From assembly GCA_041738615.1 (NCBI GenBank), contig JBGSPL010000003.1, positions 24,708-88,707 of the forward strand: 64,000 bases of DNA. The letters are read 5' to 3'. The translations under genes and the position numbers were made by a program. This document shows, one piece after another, positions 1 to 9,613 of this stretch. Position 1 is the stretch's first letter; the number at the start of each line of letters is the position of its first letter. The DNA is from Patescibacteria group bacterium. GTDB lineage: Bacteria > Patescibacteriota > CPR2 > UBA1875 > CAIMLA01. A model generated the notes under the pieces. The model was given only the letters and a program-made list of their open reading frames with translations. It was not told where the DNA came from and searched no databases.

Positions 1-111
1 ATCCGCTTTTTGCAATGGATTCTGTGGTGACAGATATATGGCGAGCGCGAAGGGCACAAAAATCACAATCAAAACTGCTATTAGAATGGCGGCGATAAGT
101 TTCTTAAGCAT
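1..111 (-). CDS. Partial CDS (N-terminus only); hydrophobic membrane protein continuing beyond the window start
   Basis: ATG at 109-111 on the minus strand overlaps the stop of the downstream gene (ATGA). Reverse translation gives MLKKLIAAILIAVLIVIFVPFALAIY..., a TM helix. Confidence 0.3.
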   Translation of the reverse strand, partial: MLKKLIAAILIAVLIVIFVPFALAIYLSPQNPLQKAD

Positions 112-1073
112 CAGTCTGTAAACTCCTGAACGAAAACCTTGCCGTGGACTCCGCCATCAAAAGCGGCGATACCCACCTTGCCATAATCCCCAGAGAGCAT
201 ATTTGCTTTGTGCCCTGGAGAGGCTAGCAGCCCCGTCATCGCCTCGTCTGTGTCGGCAGCAGCTGCAAGATTCTCACCCGCAAAAAAAGAGCTAATACCA
301 ACGGCTTTCATTCGGTCAAAGGCACTTTTCCCTTCTGGTGTGTAATGAGATAAATAGCCGCGAGAAAACATATCCTTGCCATGGAGAGCTGCTACTTTTG
401 CCAATTTCTCATCGGCCTTTAGGGCCTTTAGTCCGGCCTTTTCCCGTTCCGCATTGAGACGGGCGAACATCCTGTCCGCCGAAAGTGAATCAGGGGTCGG
501 GTTTACTACCCGAAAACCCAAGTCAGCTTTATCCTTGCTCCCACTAGTAACGGTGGCGAACCTGGCCAGATTACTCGCCACCTCACCAAAAGTAGATTCC
601 AAAAATTTGCCAACTGTTTTTGAGTTACCCTGTAGCTGGCTCCCTACTAGTGACTTGTGAAGATTTGCATCCACCTCTTTCCCCAAAGGGAGAATCACCA
701 GAGTTGCCATAACTAATGCCACGATACCCGCCGCCTTCACAACCCCTAGCGCAACTCCCCACCACTTATTCCACCCAGAATCTACTACCTCCTCCGGAAT
801 ATATGCAAGTGCGTAGCTACTGACAATATATAGTATTAACTCAACGACAAACCAGATTACAAAAAATGCCCCGGCTTTGACAAAAGTTTCCGGTAGGCTT
901 GTCAGGGCTCCTAAAAAACTAGCTAAACCCGAATAGAAAACTAGCGCCGAACCAAATGAAATCAAAAGAATCCCTAGGTCCGCGGCCTCGCGAACTAACC
1001 CTCGGCGAAAACCGAGCAGCCCGAAAATAACTAGAATTAATCCAATAATCAGGTCAATGTAATTCATAACCAC
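111..1073 (-). CDS. CvpA-family membrane protein fused to a C-terminal CAP/SCP (PR-1-like) extracellular domain
   Basis: N-terminal ~160 aa has four hydrophobic helices typical of CvpA (colicin V production). C-terminal GYLSHYTPEGKSAFDRMK...HYTQ.. AGENLA...GHKANMLSGDYGKVGIA matches CAP/SCP motifs. Confidence 0.6.
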   Translation of the reverse strand: MVMNYIDLIIGLILVIFGLLGFRRGLVREAADLGILLISFGSALVFYSGLASFLGALTSLPETFVKAGAFFVIWFVVELILYIVSSYALAYIPEEVVDSGWNKWWGVALGVVKAAGIVALVMATLVILPLGKEVDANLHKSLVGSQLQGNSKTVGKFLESTFGEVASNLARFATVTSGSKDKADLGFRVVNPTPDSLSADRMFARLNAEREKAGLKALKADEKLAKVAALHGKDMFSRGYLSHYTPEGKSAFDRMKAVGISSFFAGENLAAAADTDEAMTGLLASPGHKANMLSGDYGKVGIAAFDGGVHGKVFVQEFTD

Positions 1074-1118
1074 CCTATTCTACATTTCCAGGCACAAAAA
1101 AGCTATTGAAACGATCGC

Positions 1119-3326
1119 CTATAGTCTTCTTAGGCGCAACAAAAGTGAATTTGTAAGTACGCTAACACTCGAGAGGGCCATAGCCGCACCAGCAAACTCA
1201 GGGCGTAGAACCAAGCCGAAACTAACAAAGAATACTCCGGCCGCTACCGGGATACCCACGGTATTGTAAGCAAATGCCCAAAACAGGTTCTGTCGAATCT
1301 TGTTCATCGTCAGCCTGGAAAGACGGACCGCTCGTGCTACATCACGGATATCATTCTTGATCAAGACTACATCTCCAGACTCTATTGCAACATCAGTTCC
1401 GCTTCCCATAGCAATGCCAACGTCCGCTTTTGCGAGCGCTATCGAGTCATTAATTCCATCGCCTACAAAGATTACTCGGCCCAGTTCTTTCTGAATTTTA
1501 GCAACATTCTCGGCTTTCTCTTCTGGCAGAACCTCAGCAACGACACGTTGAACACCCACCAGGTGTGCAATACTCGCTGCCGTTACCTTGTTGTCACCCG
1601 TAACCATATATGTCGCAATCCCCATACTATGGAGCATTGCCACTGCCTCTTTGGCGTTTTCCTTAGGCTTATCCGCAATCGCAATCAAACCAACGAACAG
1701 TTTTTTGGTAAACAGAATCACAACCGTCTTTGATTCTTTCTCAAGGCGTAACTTGGCTTCTTCCTGTATTTCTCTGCCCATTATCTGCTCGGCGTATTTA
1801 GTGTTGCCTATAAAATATTCCGAGCCAGATATTTTTGCCGTTACTCCAAGTCCTGTAACAGAAGAGAAACCCGCAATCTTATCTACGGCTACCTTATTTT
1901 CCTTTGCGAAAGCGACAATTGCATCAGCAAGAGGGTGTTCACTCATCTTTTCAATCGAAGCTGCCACTCTCAATACGTCTGCCTCCGTATAACCGTCGGC
2001 CAACACCACCACATCCGTAACTTCGGGTTTACCCACTGTAAGTGTCCCTGTTTTGTCAAATATCACAGCACGGATTTTTTCTGCTGTTTCCAGTGCCTCA
2101 CCGGACTTGATAAGGATTCCATACTTCGCCCCCATGCCGGTGCCAACCATAATTGCGGCTGGAGTTGCCAAGCCTAGAGCACAAGGACAGGAAATCACCA
2201 AAACGGCAACCGCCATCATCAACGAAAATTCAAAACCCTGGCTAGTGGCAAAGAACCAATACAGAAAGGTGACAAGAGAAACCGACATCACGAAACCAAC
2301 AAAATAACCGGAGATTGTATCGGCGAGCTTCTGAATTGGGGCTTTGCTTCCCTGCGCCTCCTCAACGAGCCTTACAATCCGCGAAAGCACTGTACCCTCA
2401 CCAACTTCTGTTGCCCTTATTGTAATCGCACCGTGCCCGTTGATCGTGGCGCCTATGACTTTACTCCCCTTTTCCTTCGAAACAGGGAAAGCTTCGCCAG
2501 AAATCATGGACTCATCCACGCTGCTAGATCCTGATATCACCACGCCATCAACCGGTATTTTCTCGCCCGGCTTCACAAGAATTGTGTCCCCAATCCTCAC
2601 CTCGTCAATCCCGAGTACCAACTCTTTACCCTCTCGAATAACACAGGCGGTTGGAGCCTGTAAATTCAAAAGCTCTTTGATGGCAGAACCACTTTTTGCC
2701 TTGGCTTTTGCTTCAAGTACCTTACCTAATAGAATAAATGTAACCAAAACTGCAGCCGTCTCGTAATACACATCGCCGTTTGCCAGGAAAGTATTATAGA
2801 CGGAAAAAAGAAAGGCCGACATCGTACCTACTGCGACCAAAGTATCCATATTTGCCGTCCGGTTCCTCGCCGCCAAAAATGCTCCCCGAATAAATTGCCA
2901 CCCAGCCACAAACTGAACCGGCGTAGTTAGTGCCAAAAGCCATAATTTCCGTCCAGGAAATTCCATCAACATCTCTGCATTAATACCCAGCGGCATAAGC
3001 AGCTGCGGCATAGAGATTAAAAGCACAGGGAGAGAAAATAGCAACGCAAGCAAGAACTTTTGCACTAGCGAATCCTGATACCAACGAGTTGATTTTTCTT
3101 TGGGTGCAGTCATCTTAAGCTCTGTTGCACCGTACCCAAATAGTTTCACCCTTTTCTGAATCTCGGCAGAATTAATTATCTCCGCGTCGTACTCTACCAC
3201 CATTTTTTCAGAGGCAAGATTTACGTTAACTTTGGCGATACCCCCTACTTTAGATAGGTTGTCTTCAATTATTTTCACACAAGACGCACAATGCATCCCC
3301 GTAATTGTATATGTTCTTTTTTCCAT
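1119..3326 (-). CDS. copA: Copper-translocating P1B-type ATPase
   Basis: N-terminal HMA domain (GMHCASCV), CPC transmembrane metal motif, DKTGTLT phosphorylation site, [11 protein letters not shown] hinge. 735 aa. Confidence 0.92.
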   Translation of the reverse strand: MEKRTYTITGMHCASCVKIIEDNLSKVGGIAKVNVNLASEKMVVEYDAEIINSAEIQKRVKLFGYGATELKMTAPKEKSTRWYQDSLVQKFLLALLFSLPVLLISMPQLLMPLGINAEMLMEFPGRKLWLLALTTPVQFVAGWQFIRGAFLAARNRTANMDTLVAVGTMSAFLFSVYNTFLANGDVYYETAAVLVTFILLGKVLEAKAKAKSGSAIKELLNLQAPTACVIREGKELVLGIDEVRIGDTILVKPGEKIPVDGVVISGSSSVDESMISGEAFPVSKEKGSKVIGATINGHGAITIRATEVGEGTVLSRIVRLVEEAQGSKAPIQKLADTISGYFVGFVMSVSLVTFLYWFFATSQGFEFSLMMAVAVLVISCPCALGLATPAAIMVGTGMGAKYGILIKSGEALETAEKIRAVIFDKTGTLTVGKPEVTDVVVLADGYTEADVLRVAASIEKMSEHPLADAIVAFAKENKVAVDKIAGFSSVTGLGVTAKISGSEYFIGNTKYAEQIMGREIQEEAKLRLEKESKTVVILFTKKLFVGLIAIADKPKENAKEAVAMLHSMGIATYMVTGDNKVTAASIAHLVGVQRVVAEVLPEEKAENVAKIQKELGRVIFVGDGINDSIALAKADVGIAMGSGTDVAIESGDVVLIKNDIRDVARAVRLSRLTMNKIRQNLFWAFAYNTVGIPVAAGVFFVSFGLVLRPEFAGAAMALSSVSVLTNSLLLRLRRL

Positions 3327-3336
3327 GGTTATTCCT

Positions 3337-4686
3337 CTATTCTGTTACCGTAAAGTCGCCGCTATACATCCCCATCGAACAGGTAAAATGCAAAGTTCCG
3401 ACATCTTTTGGTGTAAAAGTTAATGTGTTCGGACCCTTTCGTAATAGCTGTTGAATGTCCATATCGGTCGCCAAGATATAGCTTGCACAAGTAGATATAT
3501 CCTTCACATCTATCTGCCAACTCACTGGAACACCCTTCTTTACGGTGAAGTGGCTTGGCGAATAACCGTACTTCGTAACGTCCATTTTCACCACCTGTTC
3601 CCCGTCTTGGACAGTCGCAGTTTGAGGCGTATCACTGTTGTCGGTTGTGGAAGTTGATACATCGAACTTTGGCAGCTGGAATCCTATCAGATTAAATGAT
3701 GCTGATAGATTTACAAGAGACAAGATAACCACTACCACACCCATAAAACGGAATAATTTCGTCGCAAACGAGCCCTTGGCAAATGAAGCTATAGAGCCGA
3801 CAAGTAATAATCCGGGGGTGGTACCGAGTGCAAATAGAGACATAAGTAGCGCCCCTGATATGAAACTACCAGAAGATATTGCCACAAGTTGCACAGCTTG
3901 AGTAAATCCGCAGGGCAAAAAAAATGTAAGAGCGCCCGAGATAATTGCGCCCGAGTGAGAGTATGCCCCCCGAGAGAACCTAGTCGGTACTAGATTGCTA
4001 ATGAATTTCGGTATGGTAAAGTTAATCTTTGATATTTTGGGAGATATCTCCGTCAGCTGCAGGCCAATGACAAGCATTACTACTGCAACCACAAACAGCA
4101 ACCAACCGTTTGCCGCCGGCGACACCTTGATGAATGTGCCTAATTCACCGAGAATGCCACCCAGTACAAAGAATCCAACTATTCTACCAATATTGAAGTA
4201 AATGTTTGGTATAAACGACTTAAGCCCCGTGATTTCTGGATGTTTTTCTCGAAATCTCGCCGTAAAACCAAGTACTAGGCCACCAACCAAGGCCATACAG
4301 GTCGAAAATCCTGCCGTCATACCGAGAAATACTACTACTCCGTAGCTGTAACTACCGCCCGTAATTGCGGGTAACAATTTTGAAGCGCCCGAAAGACTAA
4401 AAAGCACATAGATAATCGCTGCCAATAGAAGCGATAGTACCACGTCTAGGTAAACAGACGTTTTCTGGGTAAAGAACCCCGATTCCTCAAGTCCTAGTTT
4501 GTATCCGGCACTAACGATTACAGACTCTACCTGTTTGATGTCAAAATCGCCATCTACACGGACCTCGGCACGAACGTTACTGGCCTTAACTTTCGTAACA
4601 CCAGGAATCTGAGAAATATTGCTTTCTAGTAACAATTCACACGATTTGCAGTGCATCCCACTAACTTTAATCTTTTTCACTTCCAT
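3337..4686 (-). CDS. HMA-domain membrane permease (TauE/SafE- or DsbD_2-like) with C-terminal cupredoxin-like domain; putative copper-handling protein
   Basis: N-terminal [10 protein letters not shown] heavy-metal-associated domain. About 8 TM helices with an FLPCG motif. C-terminal ~90 aa beta-rich domain ([14 protein letters not shown]) resembling a cupredoxin fold. Adjacent to copA. Confidence 0.6.
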   Translation of the reverse strand: MEVKKIKVSGMHCKSCELLLESNISQIPGVTKVKASNVRAEVRVDGDFDIKQVESVIVSAGYKLGLEESGFFTQKTSVYLDVVLSLLLAAIIYVLFSLSGASKLLPAITGGSYSYGVVVFLGMTAGFSTCMALVGGLVLGFTARFREKHPEITGLKSFIPNIYFNIGRIVGFFVLGGILGELGTFIKVSPAANGWLLFVVAVVMLVIGLQLTEISPKISKINFTIPKFISNLVPTRFSRGAYSHSGAIISGALTFFLPCGFTQAVQLVAISSGSFISGALLMSLFALGTTPGLLLVGSIASFAKGSFATKLFRFMGVVVVILSLVNLSASFNLIGFQLPKFDVSTSTTDNSDTPQTATVQDGEQVVKMDVTKYGYSPSHFTVKKGVPVSWQIDVKDISTCASYILATDMDIQQLLRKGPNTLTFTPKDVGTLHFTCSMGMYSGDFTVTE

Positions 4687-4695
4687 AAGATTGCC

Positions 4696-5082
4696 TTATT
4701 TCTTACTTCGGTAGTCTTTAATCGCCGCCTGCAGCGCATTGGCCGCGAGATTTGAGCAATGCATCTTTACTGGTGGCAAACCACCAAGAGACGCTGCCAC
4801 CTCGGCATTTGTTACCTTCTCTGCCTCGTCTATGGTCATCCCCTTCACCATCTCCGTAATACGGCTAGATGTGGCTACTGCGGCACCACAACCAAAGGTC
4901 TGGAACTTCACGTCCTTGATTGTTTCCTTGCCATCTACGAGCTCCACATCAAGGTAGATTTTCATAATGTCACCACAGGTTGGGTTCCCTGTCTCGCCCA
5001 CTCCGTTGGCGTCCTTTAGTATCCCTACGTTGCGTGGGTTCATAAAGTGGTCCATCACTTCTTTAGTATATAAATCTGCCAT
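4696..5082 (-). CDS. nifU: Fe-S cluster assembly scaffold protein, NifU/IscU N-terminal type
   Basis: Conserved cysteines in GNPTCGD...FQTFGCGAAVATSS...MHCSNLAANALQAAIKDY. 128 aa. Confidence 0.88.
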   Translation of the reverse strand: MADLYTKEVMDHFMNPRNVGILKDANGVGETGNPTCGDIMKIYLDVELVDGKETIKDVKFQTFGCGAAVATSSRITEMVKGMTIDEAEKVTNAEVAASLGGLPPVKMHCSNLAANALQAAIKDYRSKK

Positions 5083-5083
5083 T

Positions 5084-5440
5084 TCAGTCTCCTATCCTCT
5101 TTATGTTGTCTATTGTTACCAGAATCGCACCTTTGACGGGTAACCCTTGATTTTCGGTTATGTTTCTCGCGTAATCTAGCCACTTACCTGCGTCTTCGTA
5201 GGCTGCTTTTCCTGAGATCTTGTACCCTATCCAGTCATCACCCCATACCGCGAGTTCGACTTTACCATTTTTGTGTAAATTCGATACCGTTGTCGTCATG
5301 TAATTATCCGTAATTAGCAGCTTCTCGTCTGGCAAAACCTTCACATAAGCCGCTACACTAATATTCGGCTTATCCATAGAGCAAGTCGATATCGCGACCG
5401 GATTGTTCTCGATTAACTTTTTCGCTTCGTCTGAAATCAT
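5084..5440 (-). CDS. Pyridoxamine 5'-phosphate oxidase-like FMN-binding split-barrel protein
   Basis: 118 aa with PNPOx-like/flavin reductase-like pattern (NPVAISTCS...ISVAAYVKVL...LITDNYM). 4-nt overlap with nifS. Confidence 0.5.
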   Translation of the reverse strand: MISDEAKKLIENNPVAISTCSMDKPNISVAAYVKVLPDEKLLITDNYMTTTVSNLHKNGKVELAVWGDDWIGYKISGKAAYEDAGKWLDYARNITENQGLPVKGAILVTIDNIKRIGD

Positions 5441-6636
5441 CGTACTGGGCTCATATCTCTTAGTTTCTTTACGATTCCTGGAAGATGTTTCATCAACTCC
5501 TCTACGTCCTCTTTGCTGTTCATCTTGCCCAGCGAGAACCGGATTGCCCCATGGGCGTCAATATCCGCAAATCCCATGGCTTTCGTTACATGCGATGGCT
5601 CTAGACTCCCAGAAGTACAAGCTGAACCCGACGAAGCTGCAATCCCAACCATGTCCAGATTTATGAGGATTGATTCACCCTCGATATGTTTGAAAAGAAA
5701 TGAAACTATATGCGGTAACCGTTTGGACAACTTCTTTGGTCCCAGTAGCTCAACGTCTGGTATTTCTTTAAGGATCCTTGCGATCAGATAGTCGCATACT
5801 TCCGCGATTTTCTTCTCGTTTGTGGTCCTGTCTGCGGCTGCCTGTTTCATCGCCGCAGCCATACCGACGATGTATGGCACATTCTCGGTTCCGGCACGCA
5901 GATTACGCTCCTGAGCCCCACCTTGCTGCTGCGATGAGAACTTAGTACCTTTCTTCACGTAGAGAAGTCCCACTCCCTTGGGACCATAGAACTTATGCCC
6001 AGTAAGACTGAGCATGTCCACTCCAAGATCATGAACGTTGATATCGATGTATTGAAACGCCTGCACCGCGTCTGTATGAAATACCAGGGGCAGCGGGTTC
6101 CCCTCTTTCTGTCTCTTGTCTTTTGCTTTCTGTATAACCTTACCAATCTCGGCAATTGGTTCTACGGCCCCCATCTCATTATTGCCGTACATTACCGAAA
6201 TAATAGCTGTGTTGTCACGAATTGCTTCTGCTACGTCCTTGGGGTCTACGAGACCCTCTCGATCGACAGGAAGATAAGTTACATCAACACCATAAGTCTT
6301 GTGAAGATATTTTGCAGAGTCCAGAACACAATGATGTTCTACTGAGCTGACTATAATGTGAGGCGTGGCATGCAGAATAGTAGCCGCTGACTGGCAAACA
6401 CCCTTCAGCGCCAGATTATTGGATTCTGTAGCACCACTGGTGAAGATAATCTCTGAAGATTTCGCACCTAGTAGGTTCGCGATTTCTTCCCTAGCCTCAT
6501 TTACTGCCTCTTTTGCATCTCGCCCTAGAGAATAGATGCTCGAAGGGTTGCCAAAATGCTCAGTAAAATAGGGTTTCATTGCCGCAAGAACAGCTTCGTC
6601 TACAGGTGTCGTAGCCGCATGATCCATGTAAATCAT
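5437..6636 (-). CDS. iscS: Cysteine desulfurase (NifS/IscS, class V aminotransferase)
   Basis: MIYMDHAATTP N-terminus, SGATESNN, PLP-lysine region HKFYGPKG, active-site SSGSACTS. 399 aa. Confidence 0.92.
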   Translation of the reverse strand: MIYMDHAATTPVDEAVLAAMKPYFTEHFGNPSSIYSLGRDAKEAVNEAREEIANLLGAKSSEIIFTSGATESNNLALKGVCQSAATILHATPHIIVSSVEHHCVLDSAKYLHKTYGVDVTYLPVDREGLVDPKDVAEAIRDNTAIISVMYGNNEMGAVEPIAEIGKVIQKAKDKRQKEGNPLPLVFHTDAVQAFQYIDINVHDLGVDMLSLTGHKFYGPKGVGLLYVKKGTKFSSQQQGGAQERNLRAGTENVPYIVGMAAAMKQAAADRTTNEKKIAEVCDYLIARILKEIPDVELLGPKKLSKRLPHIVSFLFKHIEGESILINLDMVGIAASSGSACTSGSLEPSHVTKAMGFADIDAHGAIRFSLGKMNSKEDVEELMKHLPGIVKKLRDMSPVR

Positions 6637-6854
6637 TACTTGAGCTCCTTTTTTACTGTAGTGATACAGGACTTGCAGGCATTTACCTGAGCTCGCTCCT
6701 GATTTTCAATCTTTTTGTAGTCATCCCAGGAGATTAGCACTCCTACAGGATCCGAATATCGCAAAATCACGGTACCGGTGCCGCTTTTGAGGCCCCCCAG
6801 TATCTTTGATGCATTATTTGCTAGCTCTGCGGTAGTTATAAACTTTTCCTTCAT
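6636..6854 (-). CDS. Phd/YefM antitoxin-like small DNA-binding protein (orphan; leader gene of the nifS operon)
   Basis: 72 aa. ITTAELANNASKILGGLKSGTGTVILRYSDPVGVLISWDDYKKIENQ matches the Phd/YefM N-terminal fold pattern. 1-nt overlap with nifS. AGGAG RBS. No toxin gene follows. Confidence 0.5.
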   Translation of the reverse strand: MKEKFITTAELANNASKILGGLKSGTGTVILRYSDPVGVLISWDDYKKIENQERAQVNACKSCITTVKKELK

Positions 6855-6868
6855 GTGTCTCCTACAAA

Positions 6869-6894
6869 ATGTTACCCTACTTCTAGGGTAACAT
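6869..6894. promoter_or_regulatory. Perfect palindrome ATGTTACCCTA-cttc-TAGGGTAACAT (11-bp arms); candidate operator for the yefM-like/nifS/nifU operon
   Basis: Read directly from sequence. Lies 15-40 nt upstream of the yefM-like start codon, adjacent to its RBS. Confidence 0.55.
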
Positions 6895-6919
6895 TAACGG
6901 TAACTTTGTGTCAATATAT

Positions 6920-7393
6920 TTACGGTATCGTCGTCAGGTCTTTACTACACCAGCCGGTCTTTCCACTGTAAGTGACCTTCAACCAACCAGATTGTTCTTC
7001 CTCTACCGTGAGTTTCGTTTTGTCGGGAATGATTGTCAGCACAGCAGCCGTTGTAACTGCTGTTTGGCGCAAATTCAGGCCACCTTCTGAGTTCACATAG
7101 ACACTCTTTGGGGCCACGGTTGTAGGCTCTGTGGTTTCCTGAGCCTCCGACACAATCGAACCTTCGATCTTCTCCTCCGCCTTTATCTTGTTATCACTGG
7201 TATAAGCCCGATAAGCCGTATATACAACGCCACCTAGCAATAGAGCAAGAGCAAGACAGGCTACAACAGTTACCCAGATGCTTCTATTCGGCTCATCTAG
7301 CGTGATGATGTCCGAGGGCTTCTCTGCGATTAGCTCTTCCTCTGGCACCGCCACCATAAATTCTTCTAGTGTCTTTTTGCGCTTTGCATCCAA
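6920..7393 (-). CDS. Membrane-anchored protein with C-terminal SH3b (bacterial SH3) domain
   Basis: N-terminal TM helix, acidic linker, C-terminal VYVNSEGGLNLRQ...GWLKVTYSGKTGWCSKDL SH3b pattern. Paralog of 24708..25532. Confidence 0.6.
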   Translation of the reverse strand: MDAKRKKTLEEFMVAVPEEELIAEKPSDIITLDEPNRSIWVTVVACLALALLLGGVVYTAYRAYTSDNKIKAEEKIEGSIVSEAQETTEPTTVAPKSVYVNSEGGLNLRQTAVTTAAVLTIIPDKTKLTVEEEQSGWLKVTYSGKTGWCSKDLTTIP

Positions 7394-7405
7394 GGTCGTG
7401 CCTCC

Positions 7406-8269
7406 CTAGATTCCAGCCTTCGCTGGAATGACGGTTGGTTTTAGATTAAATAGTTTTATTGCATTCATTGTAGTACGTTCCAAAACTGTTTCCAATGGGA
7501 TACCCGAGGTGTCGGCTATAAACTGTGCCACCATAAAAGCGTTACTAGGTTCATTGCGCTCACCTTTTTTCTCGCCCGGTGCTAGGTACGGACAGTCCGT
7601 TTCTAAAACGATATGATCGAGCCCCACTTCTCTTATAAGTCTCTTATAAGTATCCGAGTAAGTAACGATACCGTTGAGTCCGATGCTATAGCCGAGTTCG
7701 ATAAATTTTCGCGCTGTCTTATACCCGCCGATAAAGCTGTGAATTACACCCGCTTTCTTTACAGGGTGTGCGGTAAGGATCTCTAGCAGATCTAGGTAAC
7801 CGTCCCAGCAATGGATCATTACTGGCTTTTCCACCTCGTTAGCGATATTGATGAGCTCGATGAGTGTTTCTTTCTGCCTAGCTTTCAATGCTTCCACATC
7901 GTCCGTTTCCTCGAAATGATGATAGTCGAGCCCAATCTCTCCGATTGCCACCACCTTCTCATCCCTTGCTAGCTCAAGATATTTATCCCGATCAAAGACC
8001 TCCCCCCTGGTATGTATTTCTATTGGTTCGAGCTCATTACTGTCCGCGTAAGTAAAGCTCCCTTCCTGCAAATGTACTGGGTGGATACCGACGGCAGACC
8101 AGACATTCTCGAAACGGTGGGCAGTATGAACCGACCGTTCGCTGGTAGAGTACTGGGTACCAACGTTTATAACACCCATCCCGAGTCCCAAGGCTCTCTG
8201 CAACACCTCATCACCATCCTCTTTATACGCGGCAAAATTTACGTGAGCATGTGTATCAACTAGTTTCAT
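7406..8269 (-). CDS. tatD: TatD-family metal-dependent hydrolase (DNase)
   Basis: MKLVDTHAHVNF... HxH motif, conserved TIM-barrel hydrolase acidic residues. 287 aa. Confidence 0.8.
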   Translation of the reverse strand: MKLVDTHAHVNFAAYKEDGDEVLQRALGLGMGVINVGTQYSTSERSVHTAHRFENVWSAVGIHPVHLQEGSFTYADSNELEPIEIHTRGEVFDRDKYLELARDEKVVAIGEIGLDYHHFEETDDVEALKARQKETLIELINIANEVEKPVMIHCWDGYLDLLEILTAHPVKKAGVIHSFIGGYKTARKFIELGYSIGLNGIVTYSDTYKRLIREVGLDHIVLETDCPYLAPGEKKGERNEPSNAFMVAQFIADTSGIPLETVLERTTMNAIKLFNLKPTVIPAKAGI

Positions 8270-9500
8270 GAATTGTCCTTATTTTTGGTATTACGTGTAT
8301 GGTTTTATCTTTCTTTACATACGGCAATTCACACTTGGCCCGCGGCATCAGCCCGGCTGCCATTGCGCCAGCTGCCCCAGAGAGGAGACCCACAATTATC
8401 AGTGTCTTGTCGTTTAAAAAATAGCTCAAAGCTATCAAGATAGCATAAAAGATAATCTTTGCAGCGTCTATTGCAGATTCCATGGCAAAGATGTATTCCT
8501 GACGACTGTTCTCATCGGCGTGAAGATAGTACTCCGAAGTGTATGGCGCTTGCCGAAGCGAACTTACCAGACTACGCGCCATGTTCAACGAGATGATCTG
8601 CACAAAAGTGTCGACAAAAGTAACCAGTACGAAGATAAATCCATCTAGTAAACTCCCCGTGGTGATGAACCGATGGCGGTTAGCATTATTTACTCTCTTC
8701 CCGACGAGGTATGTGACGATGATGGTCATTACAAGCGCCGCGGAGGTGATAAACCCTACAGACTGGTAGCTTTTGACGCTAGCATAGACGAAGAGCGGCC
8801 AAAAGACGAGGGAAACTGAAGCCTCTATTCCCGCCCCTCCATAGGAAATAAGGTCGCGAGATATATTACCTAGTTTGATTTTAGAAAGGTCTATAGGAGC
8901 TCCAGTGTGTAGCTCAGACTTTTTGAGCAGTGGAGTAAACACCAAAGCAAGCATTGCGATAACAATTAGGTAAAGAACACCGAACCCAAACCTGCTAGCT
9001 ATCAATCCTCCAGCCAGTGGTGCTACAGCACCGAGTACGGCTAGGATAATATACATTTTACTGACGTCCCTGGTAGCGTCTTTCTTCTTGGTGCTCCTCG
9101 AAAAGTCGTAGTGGTACCCTTGCCAGTATAACGCGAGCGCAATACCGCCACAGAGGCCGATAAACCACAGCGGCCAGTGATACGCGGGCAATGTAGAAAG
9201 CATCCAGAAGTGAGCGATCAGTGGTGGCATGGAAAGCGCTATCGCGTGCTTGGGGCCTACCTTGGAGATATACGAGGCAGAGACAAACTCGAAACTAAGC
9301 TCAGTCACGAACATCACGAGGTGCAAAACGAGAACATCACGCAGACTATATCCTAGCGAAAGCAAATATATAGGCACAAAAATGCTAATCATAGAGCAGA
9401 CGAAGGAACGCATACTCATGACTAAAAATATTTCGTTTATCTCGGTGTGTTTGATACGAAACATCTGATGTTGAACTAGTTGATGATCGCTAATAGACAA
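8256..9500 (-). CDS. MFS-type transporter (multi-TM)
   Basis: About 12 predicted TM helices, 414 aa, MFS-like loop spacing. Confidence 0.5.
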   Translation of the reverse strand: MSISDHQLVQHQMFRIKHTEINEIFLVMSMRSFVCSMISIFVPIYLLSLGYSLRDVLVLHLVMFVTELSFEFVSASYISKVGPKHAIALSMPPLIAHFWMLSTLPAYHWPLWFIGLCGGIALALYWQGYHYDFSRSTKKKDATRDVSKMYIILAVLGAVAPLAGGLIASRFGFGVLYLIVIAMLALVFTPLLKKSELHTGAPIDLSKIKLGNISRDLISYGGAGIEASVSLVFWPLFVYASVKSYQSVGFITSAALVMTIIVTYLVGKRVNNANRHRFITTGSLLDGFIFVLVTFVDTFVQIISLNMARSLVSSLRQAPYTSEYYLHADENSRQEYIFAMESAIDAAKIIFYAILIALSYFLNDKTLIIVGLLSGAAGAMAAGLMPRAKCELPYVKKDKTIHVIPKIRTIHETS

Positions 9501-9613
9501 ATCCCCTCCAGAAAGCTTAATGAAAAATGATTACACCGTCGAAGAACCAGGCTGTTCGAAATTATGGAAGCGGAAGCAAAGAATAATTTCTATCCAATTC
9601 TACTTCATGACTC

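Noticed and set aside
1300-3300. Multiple plus-strand ORFs (1300..1494, 1588..1992, 2053..2307, 2344..2766, etc.) antisense to copA, and similar antisense ORFs throughout, for example 22671..23630, 32126..32675, 52964..54103
   Set aside because: They are fully embedded antisense to long, well-supported genes with strong motif evidence.
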